Origin: an uncultured delta proteobacterium
Lineage (GTDB): Bacteria > Myxococcota_A > Polyangia > Palsa-1104
Direction: 5' to 3'
NCBI GenBank assembly: GCA_963785725.1
Contig: CAWAWS010000042.1
Coordinates: 1 to 31,739 of the forward strand
Length of the DNA stretch: 31,739 bases
Shown: positions 12,701-21,900 of the stretch, piece by piece
Position numbering within the stretch: the stretch's first letter is position 1
How the letters are laid out: the number at the start of each line of letters is the position of its first letter
The notes under the pieces: model-generated
The model's database searches: none
What the model saw: the letters and a program-made list of their open reading frames with translations, nothing else
What the model was told of the DNA's origin: nothing
Translations under genes and position numbers: made by a program

Positions 12701-13389
12701 GCGCCATCCTCCATCGTCGACCAAACCACCGCTGAAGCGCGCGCTCCGTCGACGTCGAGCGCGAGCCGGCACTCCCCGAGCTCCTGCGTGTGAATGCGAT
12801 TGGACTGCAGATCGATGCGCAAGGGAACCATCGTCGGCAAGGGCGCGCGCAGGCCACACTGGGCGAGCTTGAGCAGCGCCTCTTTGACGCACCAAGCGGC
12901 GGTTACGACGCGCGGGTCTGCGCTCGAACGGCCGAGCGCGCGCGCCCAAGCGGCGAGCTCGCCGGCGGCGAAGGCTTCGGCGGCGAAGCTCGGATGGCGC
13001 GGCTCGACCGCCTCGATGTCGACGCCGACGCGCACGCCGCGACCGGCGACGGCGACGGCCCAGCCGGCGCCGTGCGCGATCGACAGCGCGACCGGCGACG
13101 AGTCGCGAGCGAATCCGCCGCCGTCGTGGACGCGCGGCGCACCGGCCGCGGCGCCGTCGGGCTCGGGCAGCACGCAGGCCGACGCGGGGACGCCGAGGCG
13201 CGCCAACGCGCGGCGGGCGGCGACGCGACCGGCAACGAAGTCGACGCGCCGCTTGTCGACGGTCAAGGCGGCGGCCAGCGCGCGCTCGCGCGGATGCAGG
13301 TAGCGCGCGGCGAACCAGTCGGCGTGGCGGCGCACGCGCGCCAACGCGACACGGGCGTAGACGAGCGGCGCCGGCCGATCAGCCGTCAT
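12697..13389 (-). CDS. 4'-phosphopantetheinyl transferase, Sfp-type
   Basis: Motifs FVAGRVAARRAL, LSIAH, VGVDIE, WCVKEALLK; start overlaps the end of PKS2. Confidence 0.9.
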   Translation of the reverse strand: MTADRPAPLVYARVALARVRRHADWFAARYLHPRERALAAALTVDKRRVDFVAGRVAARRALARLGVPASACVLPEPDGAAAGAPRVHDGGGFARDSSPVALSIAHGAGWAVAVAGRGVRVGVDIEAVEPRHPSFAAEAFAAGELAAWARALGRSSADPRVVTAAWCVKEALLKLAQCGLRAPLPTMVPLRIDLQSNRIHTQELGECRLALDVDGARASAVVWSTMEDGA

Positions 13390-16300
13390 GGGCCACGCTT
13401 TCGAGCCGGCGCAGCTGCAGCCGCGTCAACGTGAAGAGCACGTCATCCTGGGCGCGCGCCACGACGTCGTAGAAGATCTCGCGATCACGCGCTTCGACGA
13501 CGTCGGCGATCACGATCACGGGCGTCGCCGGCGGTCGCGCGGCATAGAGCGTCAGCGCTTGGAAGCCGATCGGAATGGCGATGAAGCCGGACGGGCCGGC
13601 GGCGTCCCAATTGCCGGCCACTTGGAAAGCGGCGTCGAGCAGCAGCGGATCGACGGCAAAGTGCGGCGCGGTCGTGAACGCGAACAGCGCGCGCGCGTCG
13701 GGCGGACGCACCTGACCGACGCAGCCGCGCTCCGTCCGCGCGATCCAGTCGACGTGCCGAAAGAGCGGACCGAGCGACACCGGCGCGCGCAGGCGATCGA
13801 AGCGCGACGGTTGGCGCAGCTCCGACGGCGGCAACGGCGGCGGCGTGTCGAATGGCGGCGGCGGCGGCGCGCCGAAGACGACCCGGCCGCGATAGTGCCG
13901 ATCGCGCTGCGACAGCGCGCCGCCGGCGACGACGTCGACGACGGCGCGACCATCGGCGTGCCGCTCGACGACGCGCGCCTCGGTGTGCACGAGCGGCGCG
14001 GCGCCCGGCGGCAGCTTCACCGGCGACAGGATCGCAAAGTCGGTCAGGCCGCGCAGCGCGGCGCCGGGCAGGAGCAGCCGCGCCGCTTCGGCGAGCAGCT
14101 CGACGGCGAACGCGCCGGGCACGATGGGCACGTCGTCGAGCCGATGCTGGCGCAAGAAGAGGTCGCGGTGATCGTCGAACGTGCGCGCGATCGTCAGGCG
14201 CGGCGGCGTGTGGTCGGCCGCCGGCGCCGACGGCGGCAAGACCGCGTCGCACAACGGCCAAGCGGCCTGCACGAGCGGCTGGCCGCGATCGTCGACGGCG
14301 CTCGGCTGCGCGGCCGCGCCATCGCGCACGTGCGCGGCGAACGGCCACGACTCGGCTTGCGTCTCGGGACAGACCACGAGCTCGTGATCGCCGTGCGCGC
14401 CGTGGGCCAGCTCGTCGACGAACCAGCGGCGACCCTCGGCGGGCGTGATGGCGGCGACGCCCGCCTGCTGCAGCCGCTCGGCGGTCGCGGCTTCGGCGGC
14501 GGCGCCGACCTCGGCCCAGGCGCTCCAGTCGAGCGTCACGCAGCGGGTCGACGGTCGCGACGGCGCGGCGGCGGCGAGCAGCTTGGCCATGGCGTCGTTG
14601 GCAGCGCAGTAGTCGGCCTGGCCGCGATTGCCGAGCCGGCCGGCGATGGAGCCGAAGGCGACGAAGAAGCGCAAGGGATCGCGCTCGCTGTGCGTCAACA
14701 AGCTTACGAGCCCGCCGACCTTGACGCGCACGGTGGCGTCGACGACGGCGAGCGCTTTGTCGGGCAGCGCGCGCGATTCTTCGACCATGGCGCCATGGAC
14801 GATGCCGTCGATGCGGCCGTGGCGCTTGCGCACGGCGGCGAGGAGCGCGGCGCACTCGGCGTCGTCGGCGACGTCGGCGGCGCGATATTCGATGGCGCTG
14901 CCGGCGGCGGCCAGATTGCGCGCCAAGAGCCGCGTGTTGGCGATGGCGCGCCACTGTTGCGCGAACTTGACCGGCGTCAGCGTCGGATCTTGGCGACGGC
15001 GGCGCGTCAGCTCTTCGCGGCGCAAGGCTTCGAAGGCCGCGTCATCGTAGTCGACGAAGGGCTCGTCGCCGCGCGGCTTGGGCGTGCGCCCGCTGACGAC
15101 GCAGATGGCGCCGCGCTCGGCCAACGCGCGCGCGCACTCGAAGACGACGCCGCGCCCGCCGCCGGAAAAGACGACGACCGCGCCCGGCTCGACCGCGAAC
15201 GCCGGCTCGCCCGCGAACGCCGGCTCGCCCGCGAACGCCGGCTCGCCCGCGAACGCCGGCTCGGCCGCGGCCGAATCGGCCGCGAACGCCGGCTCGCCCG
15301 CGAACCCCGGCTCGGCCGCGAACGCAGGCTCGTCGGCGGCCGAATCGGCCGCGATCGTCAGCGGCGCCGGCCGCAACACGGGCACGAGGCGCCGGCGCGT
15401 GAAGTAGCCGACCTCGACCCGATCGCCGCCCGCCTCCAGCTCGCCGACGACGCTGGCGGCGATGAAGCGCGCGTCCTCCTGCGCGTCGAAGTCGATGGCG
15501 CGCGCGACCAGCCCCGGCCGCTCCTGCTTGAGCCCTTTGGTGAAGCCGGTGAGCGCGCCGCCGCTGCCGACGCGCGCGCCCGCCGCCGCGACGAAGCCGA
15601 GCCCGCCGCCCATCGCCGTGAGCGCCAGGTAGACGCCGGCGGCATCGGCGCGCGCGTCCCAACGCGGCCACAACGCGCGCGCCGTCGCGAACGCGCGCCG
15701 CGTCGCCGCCAACGCGGCGTCGGCCGGCGACGCCACGCCCGCGCCATCGAGCTCGACGGCGTCGATCGCGCCAATGATGTCGTCCGTCATCATTGATATC
15801 AGCCGCGCCTGCAAGTCGTCGACCGACGCATTGACCGCCACTTGGCAGCGCACGACCGGCCAATCGGCCGCCGCGAGCGCGGCCGCGATGGCGACGTAGT
15901 TGCGACCGCGCGGATCGCCCAGCAGCAGCAACGCCCCCGGCCGATGCGGCGACGGCGCCGGCCGGGTCAGCGGCACCAGCTCCACCCGCAGCCGCTGCGC
16001 CACCCGCTGCGGCTGCGCCGGGTGCGCCGGCATCGCCTGCTGCCGCGCCGTCCGCCGTGACGACGTCGTTTGCGACGGCTGCGGCGACGACGTTTGCGCC
16101 TGCCCCGTCTGTCGCGTCCTTTGCGCCTGCCCCGTCTGTCGCGTCGTTTGCGTCTGCGCCGTCTGTCGTCCCGGCAACGGCGCGCGCCGCTCGGCCGCGG
16201 TCACGCGCTCCTCGAGCACGACGTGCGCGTTCACGCCGCCGAGCCCGAAGGCGCTGACGCCCGCGCGGCGCGGCTGCCCTGCCGGCGGCGGCGGCCACGG

Positions 16301-18985
16301 CCGCGCGACCGTCGCGATCGCCAGCGGACCGTCGTGCAGCGCCTGATGGTCGGCGTGCAAGCGGCCGCGATGACGCATCGGCGGCAGCGTCCGCTCATGC
16401 AGCGCCAGCGCCGTCTTGATCAGCCCCGCCATCCCCGCCGCCGACGACAAGTGCCCCACGTTCGACTTGATCGATCCGAGCGCGATGGGTGTTTGCCGCG
16501 CGCGCTCGGCGTAGATCGCGCCGTACGTCTCGAGCTCGACGGCGTCGCCGGCGCGCGTGCCCGTGCCGTGCGCCTCCAAGAGGTCGATGCTGGCGGGCGC
16601 GACCTGCGCGACGCGATAGGCGCGCGCCAACGCGCGCTGCTGGCCGCGGCTGTTGGGCGCCAAGAGCGCCGTGCCGCGGCCGTCGGACGAGCAGGCGCTG
16701 CCGGCGACGAGCGCGTAGACGCGGTGGCCGTCGCGCTCGGCGTCGCCGGCGCGGCGCAGGACGACGGCGCCGGCGCCTTCGGCCGGGACAAAGCCGTCGG
16801 CGTCGGCGTCGAACGGCCGCGATCCGCCGGCGGCCAGCGCGCCCAACGTCGCCAGGGCCACGTAATATTCGGGAAAGAGGTTGTACGCCGACGCGGCGAC
16901 GACGACGGCATCGAGCTCGCCGCGCAACAGCGCGCCGACGCCGAGATGCAGCGCCACCAGCGACGACGCGCACGCGGCATCGACCGCTTGAGCGCCGCCG
17001 CGAAAGTCCCACAGCGACGCCACGCGCGTGGCGCAGCCGAGGCTCGACAGCTGCTCGAGCGTCTCCTCCGACGACGGCGCGAGCGACTGCGTCAGGCGCG
17101 CGGCAAAGGCGGTGACGACGGCCGCGGTCGTGGCGGGGTCGACGCCGGCAGCGGCGAGCACGCGCTCGACGAGCGCGCGGCTGCGCGCGGCCAAGGCGCG
17201 CCGCTCGGCCTCGTATTCGCGTTCGCGCAGCGGCAAATGGCCGACGATGACGCCGACGCGCCGCGCGTCCCAGGCGCCGGGGCGATAGCCGGCGTCTTCG
17301 AGCGCGGCCGCGCAGGCGTCGACGGTGAGCACGACGGCGCCGTCGACTTGGCGCGCGGCCACGGGCGGCAGGCGCAGCCGCGCGGCATCGGCGTCGAGCG
17401 CGGGCAAGAGGCCGGCCAGCGTCGAGCGCACGGCGCCGGACACGCCCGCGGTCGCCGCCTCCAGAAACGCCGCGGCGTCCCAGCGTGCGGGCGGAATGTG
17501 GCCAATGGCGTCGCGACCGTCGAGCACGCCGCGCCACAACGCGCGCGCATCGGGCGCGCCGGGCATGACCGCGCCTACGCCGACGATGGCGACGCGACGA
17601 TCGCCCCAGCGCGACGCCGGCAAACGCGGCGCGGCCGGCGCCGGCTGGCGGTCGTCGGCGCGCGCCAAGATCGCGACGTGCACCACGGCGCCATGGCCGG
17701 GCACGCTCACGGCCGCGCGCCGAACGCCGCCGAGCGCGCCCGTTCGCAGCCGCACCGATCGCGCGTCGTCGGCCGGCTCGTCCCACACGCGCGCGTCGCC
17801 GCCGGGTCGCTGGCCGCGCTCGAGCGCCAAGGCCGCCGTTACGACGCCGAGCAGGCCCGAGGCCGCGCCCAAGAAGCCGAACGTCGCCGTCGCCGTCGCC
17901 ACGCCGAGCGGTTGCGGGCGCGCGCCGCCGAACGTCGCCGCCAACGCCCGGCGCTCCACCTCGTCGACGACGCCGAGGCCGGCCGCTTGGCATTCGACGT
18001 AGTCGACGCTGGCGGGATCGAAGTGCGCGCCCGTCAATGCCTGCCGCGCGGCGCGCGTCAACGCCGGCTCGGCCGCGACGGCGACGCTCTGCCGGCCGAT
18101 CGACGCCTGCCCGACGCCGCGCACGACCGCGCGCACGCGGCGCGCCTGCGAGCGGGCGTCGGCGTCGCGCATGAGGACGAGCGCGAGCGTGCCTTCGCCG
18201 AGCAGCGTGCCGTCGGCGCCGTGCGACGTCGCGAACGGCTGCAGCGCCGCGGCCGACGACAACAGGCGCCGCTGCCGATAGGCCTGCACGACGGTGGCCG
18301 CCAAGAGCGGCGACAGCGCGCCGACGACGGCGACGTCACACTCGCGCGCGTCCAGCGCCGCGACCGCGGCCGCCAGCGCCGCCAACGCCGAGGCCGCGCC
18401 GGCATCATGCGCGAAATGGCCGGCGCCGAGGTCGAAGGCGTTGGCGAGCCGGCCGGCCGTCATCGCCGCCGTCGTCATGAGCGAGTCGACGCTGATGGGC
18501 GGCGCCGCGGCGTCGAGCGCGCGCAGGGCGGCGTCGAGCGCGGCCGCCGGCAACGCCCCACCCGTCGCGCATAGCGCCGCCATCGTCTCGTGCAGCCGCA
18601 CGCGCGCCAAATGATCGACGGCCGGATCGAAGCCGAGCGTCGTCGCCGCCATGTGCACCGACGTGCGCGCGCCCCATGAGCCCGGCTGGCCCAGGCCGGC
18701 GTCGTCGAGCGCGTCGCGCAGCGCGGCCAAGGTCGCCCGCTCCATGCGATGCATGCGCTCGAGCTGCGCCGGCGGAATGCGAAAGGCGCGAAAATCGACG
18801 GTGTAGTCGTCGATGAGCCGCGCGCGCGGCGGCGGCCCGAAGGCGCGCGGATCCCAGCGTTCGGGCGGCAGCGGCGGAAACTCGGGCGGCGCCGGCTGCG
18901 CCAGCTGCGCCCACAATTCGTCGACGGTGCGCGCGCCCGGCAGTCGGCAGCCGATACCGATGATGGCCGCGTCCGCCTGCGCCAT
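13379..18985 (-). CDS. Pfa-like type I PKS subunit 2: inactive KS - KS - KR - DH (no AT, no ACP)
   Basis: KS0 has DAGAASA/ECQAAG/TFGFL (triad lost); KS has DAACASS/EAHGTGT/KSNVGHL; KR has SGGGRGV and FGSIAGRLGNRGQADYCAAND; DH has FLRQHRLDDVPIVPG and LLDAAFQ. Confidence 0.9.
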   Translation of the reverse strand: MAQADAAIIGIGCRLPGARTVDELWAQLAQPAPPEFPPLPPERWDPRAFGPPPRARLIDDYTVDFRAFRIPPAQLERMHRMERATLAALRDALDDAGLGQPGSWGARTSVHMAATTLGFDPAVDHLARVRLHETMAALCATGGALPAAALDAALRALDAAAPPISVDSLMTTAAMTAGRLANAFDLGAGHFAHDAGAASALAALAAAVAALDARECDVAVVGALSPLLAATVVQAYRQRRLLSSAAALQPFATSHGADGTLLGEGTLALVLMRDADARSQARRVRAVVRGVGQASIGRQSVAVAAEPALTRAARQALTGAHFDPASVDYVECQAAGLGVVDEVERRALAATFGGARPQPLGVATATATFGFLGAASGLLGVVTAALALERGQRPGGDARVWDEPADDARSVRLRTGALGGVRRAAVSVPGHGAVVHVAILARADDRQPAPAAPRLPASRWGDRRVAIVGVGAVMPGAPDARALWRGVLDGRDAIGHIPPARWDAAAFLEAATAGVSGAVRSTLAGLLPALDADAARLRLPPVAARQVDGAVVLTVDACAAALEDAGYRPGAWDARRVGVIVGHLPLREREYEAERRALAARSRALVERVLAAAGVDPATTAAVVTAFAARLTQSLAPSSEETLEQLSSLGCATRVASLWDFRGGAQAVDAACASSLVALHLGVGALLRGELDAVVVAASAYNLFPEYYVALATLGALAAGGSRPFDADADGFVPAEGAGAVVLRRAGDAERDGHRVYALVAGSACSSDGRGTALLAPNSRGQQRALARAYRVAQVAPASIDLLEAHGTGTRAGDAVELETYGAIYAERARQTPIALGSIKSNVGHLSSAAGMAGLIKTALALHERTLPPMRHRGRLHADHQALHDGPLAIATVARPWPPPPAGQPRRAGVSAFGLGGVNAHVVLEERVTAAERRAPLPGRQTAQTQTTRQTGQAQRTRQTGQAQTSSPQPSQTTSSRRTARQQAMPAHPAQPQRVAQRLRVELVPLTRPAPSPHRPGALLLLGDPRGRNYVAIAAALAAADWPVVRCQVAVNASVDDLQARLISMMTDDIIGAIDAVELDGAGVASPADAALAATRRAFATARALWPRWDARADAAGVYLALTAMGGGLGFVAAAGARVGSGGALTGFTKGLKQERPGLVARAIDFDAQEDARFIAASVVGELEAGGDRVEVGYFTRRRLVPVLRPAPLTIAADSAADEPAFAAEPGFAGEPAFAADSAAAEPAFAGEPAFAGEPAFAGEPAFAVEPGAVVVFSGGGRGVVFECARALAERGAICVVSGRTPKPRGDEPFVDYDDAAFEALRREELTRRRRQDPTLTPVKFAQQWRAIANTRLLARNLAAAGSAIEYRAADVADDAECAALLAAVRKRHGRIDGIVHGAMVEESRALPDKALAVVDATVRVKVGGLVSLLTHSERDPLRFFVAFGSIAGRLGNRGQADYCAANDAMAKLLAAAAPSRPSTRCVTLDWSAWAEVGAAAEAATAERLQQAGVAAITPAEGRRWFVDELAHGAHGDHELVVCPETQAESWPFAAHVRDGAAAQPSAVDDRGQPLVQAAWPLCDAVLPPSAPAADHTPPRLTIARTFDDHRDLFLRQHRLDDVPIVPGAFAVELLAEAARLLLPGAALRGLTDFAILSPVKLPPGAAPLVHTEARVVERHADGRAVVDVVAGGALSQRDRHYRGRVVFGAPPPPPFDTPPPLPPSELRQPSRFDRLRAPVSLGPLFRHVDWIARTERGCVGQVRPPDARALFAFTTAPHFAVDPLLLDAAFQVAGNWDAAGPSGFIAIPIGFQALTLYAARPPATPVIVIADVVEARDREIFYDVVARAQDDVLFTLTRLQLRRLESVAHDG
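15184..15353 (-). repeat. 18-bp tandem repeat array encoding (AGEPAF)n inside the PKS2 KR region
   Basis: Repeated CCGGCTCGCCCGCGAACG units with two AADSAA spacers. Confidence 0.85.
16091..16170 (-). repeat. 27-bp x3 tandem repeat (RQTGQAQ-like) in the PKS2 KS-KR linker
   Basis: TTTGCGCCTGCCCCGTCTGTCGCGTC occurs twice exactly and once degenerate. Confidence 0.8.
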
Positions 18986-18988
18986 CGC

Positions 18989-21900
18989 TTAACGCGGGCC
19001 TCGCACCCGATCTTGCAGCGACTGACAGAAGCGCGCCCACGACACCTCGTCGAGCCGCTCCGTCTCCATGTCGACGACGCGCTCGAGCCGCATCATGCGC
19101 AGGCCGCGCAGCTGCATGAGCGGCGCGCGATCGGCCCCGAGCAGGAACAGATCGCAGAAGACGCCGTCCGTCGTCGAGGCGCGCAGGCGCACGTGGCATT
19201 GCACCTCTTCGTCTTCGCCGGGCGCGCGGCCGAGCGCGAGCTGCTCGATGCCCATGGGCACGCCGCGCTGTCGCGTCAGCGCGTACCAGCCGAAGCCGGC
19301 GAGCATGAACGCGCACTCGAGCACCGCCGGCGCCAGCACGAAGCGCGGCGTCCGCGGCGGCTCGAACAGCGCCTCGGACTCGGCGCGAATGCCGCCGATG
19401 AGCTCGCAGAACGACAGCGAGCGCGCCCACACGCAGCCGCCCAGCGTTTCGCCGAGGTGCAAGGGGCCGTCGGCGGCGACGGCGTGGCCGTTGCGTCCGT
19501 GCGCGCTGCGGCGATCGAACGCGCGGGCGACGTCGCGCGGCAGCGGCAGCGCGGCGCCGCCGGCCGGATGCAGCTCGGCGCCAAAGCGCACTTTGGGCGC
19601 GCCGCCGGCGACCTCGGCGAAGAGCGTGGCCAAGACGCGCTCGCCGACGCGCTCGGCCTCCAGGCGCACGGCCAGCTGGCCGTCGGCATCGAGGAACAGC
19701 GGTCCGGCGGCGCGCAGCTCGGTGGCGCCACCGACGGGCACGCCGAGGAGCAGCTCGGCGGCCTCGGCCAGCGCTTCCCACGCCAGCGCCGAGGGCACGA
19801 ACGCGCGTCCGTCCACGAGCGAGTCGCGCAAGTAGGGATCGGTCGCCGGCGCGAACAGCCGCTGCGCGACCAGCTGCTCGCGGTCGCGGGTGACGACGCG
19901 GCCGATGAGCGGATAGTCCGACTTCGACGTCGTCCACGCCATGCCCGACGAGCGCGCGATCGACAGCGGCGCCGCGACGACGCCATCGCCGGCCGCCGCG
20001 CTCGCTCGTGGCGCGCCATTTCTGTGCGCGGCCGCGTTCGCCGCGCCACTCCGGTGCGCGCCGTTGGCCGCCGCGCCCTGGCCGACCGCGGCAGCGGCCA
20101 CCGTCGCGACATGGGCCGCGGTCGCGCCGTTCGTCGCCGCGTGCGTCGCGTTATTGGCCGGCCGGCTTCCGGTCGCCGACAGCGTCGTCGCCGGCGCCAC
20201 CTGATCGGTCGCCGTCGCCACCTGCGCGGCGTTGGCGTGCGCGCTGCCGTTCTTCGGCGTCCGCGCCGCCCCGCCGTTCGCAGGCTCGTGCGCCCCATTC
20301 GCCGGCGGCGTCATCGTGCCATGTGGCTGCGTTGTCGCGCCTGGTGGCTCCGTCGTCGCCCCATGTGCCGGCGCCGTCGTCGGCTGCTGATCGACCCGCG
20401 CGACCAGGCGCTCGATGACCTTGCGCAGCGTGTTCAGCTGCCGCATCGACACGCCCTCTTCCCGCGCCAAACCGAGCTCCTCCCGCACGCGCGCGAACAC
20501 CTCCACCTGCTTGACCGTGTCGATGCCCAAGTCGCCTTCGAGGTCGAGATCGAGCTCCAGCATCTCCGTCGGATAGCCGGTGCGCTCGGCCAGCGCCGCC
20601 ACCATCAGGCGGCGCACGCGCTCGAACGCGTCCCCGGCGCGCTCGCCTCGATCGACTTCCGGCTTCGACATCGTGCTCGTCTCCTCCAAATCCGCCATCG
20701 GCTCGAGCGCGCCCGCTTCCGCGACGAACGCGCAGCCGATCAGCCGCAACAGTTGTTGTCGTTCCCCCACTTTCGGATGCATGGCCGCCTGCGAAATAAA
20801 TCGACGCCCGGCGAGGATCTCGCGCACGTAGCTCGTCAGCGGCCACTTCGGCCCGGCCTCGAAGAAGCGGCGCGCCCCGCGCGTCCAGGCCGCTTCGATG
20901 GCGGCGGCGAACTGCACCGGTGTCGTATATTGCCGCACCAAACGCGCGATCGTCGCCTCCACGTCGTCGTCGTAGACGGCCAAGTCGACGGTCGAGATCA
21001 CCGTCGCGCGCGGCGGCCGCCAGTCGAGCGTCGTCAGGACCGCGCGATAACGCTCGGCGGCGGCGGCGATGAGCGGCGAATGGTAGGCGTGCGAGACCGT
21101 CAGCGGCACCAGCTCGACGTCGGCCGCGAGGCAGCGCTCGGCCAGCGTCGCCATCGCCGCCGAGTCGCCCGACGCCAGCGACGAGCTCGGGCAGTTGTCC
21201 GCGGCGACGACGACGGTGCCGGCGATTCCGGCGACGAGAATCGCCGAGGCGCGCGGCCGAGCAGGCGACGGCGGCCATGCGACCCGAGTCGGCGAGCGGC
21301 AACGCCAGCACGGCGGCGGTGCGCGCGGCAATGGCGCGCAGGCCGTCGGCGAAATCGAGCGCGCCGGCGGCGACGAGCGCGGCCAGCTCGCCGGCGCTCT
21401 GCCCGATGTACAGCTCGCCGGCGAGGCCGAACGACGCCAACAGCGCCTGCAGCGCGCAGCTGACGGTGAAGACGGCGGCGTGCAGATCCTCGTGCGGCGG
21501 CGGCGCGCTCGCGTCGTCGGGCCACAGCGCCGGTCGCAGCGGCCGGCCGACCAGCGTCTGCCACACGGCGTCCGCGCGATCGAGCGTGCGCGCGACGATG
21601 GGATATCCCGCCGCCAGCGCGCGGGCCATGCCCGGATATTGTGGGCCTTGGCCGGGAAAGAGGAGGACGCGCGGACCTTCGAGCCGCGCCGACGACACGA
21701 ACAGCCCCAGGCGATCGAGCGGAACCGCCGGGCGACCGGGCGCGTTGGCGTGCACGAGCTGCTCGGCGCGCCTTTCGAGGTCGGGCGCCGACGTCGCCGT
21801 CAACGCCAGGCGCGCCGGCGCGTGCGGGCGCGTCATGGCTTCGGCGCGCGTGCGCTCGGCGGCGTCGGCGAAGTCCTCGGGCGAGCACTCGGCCAGCATG

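Noticed and set aside
15184..15353. CRISPR-like array
   Set aside because: Contiguous in-frame coding repeats without unique spacers, and no cas genes.
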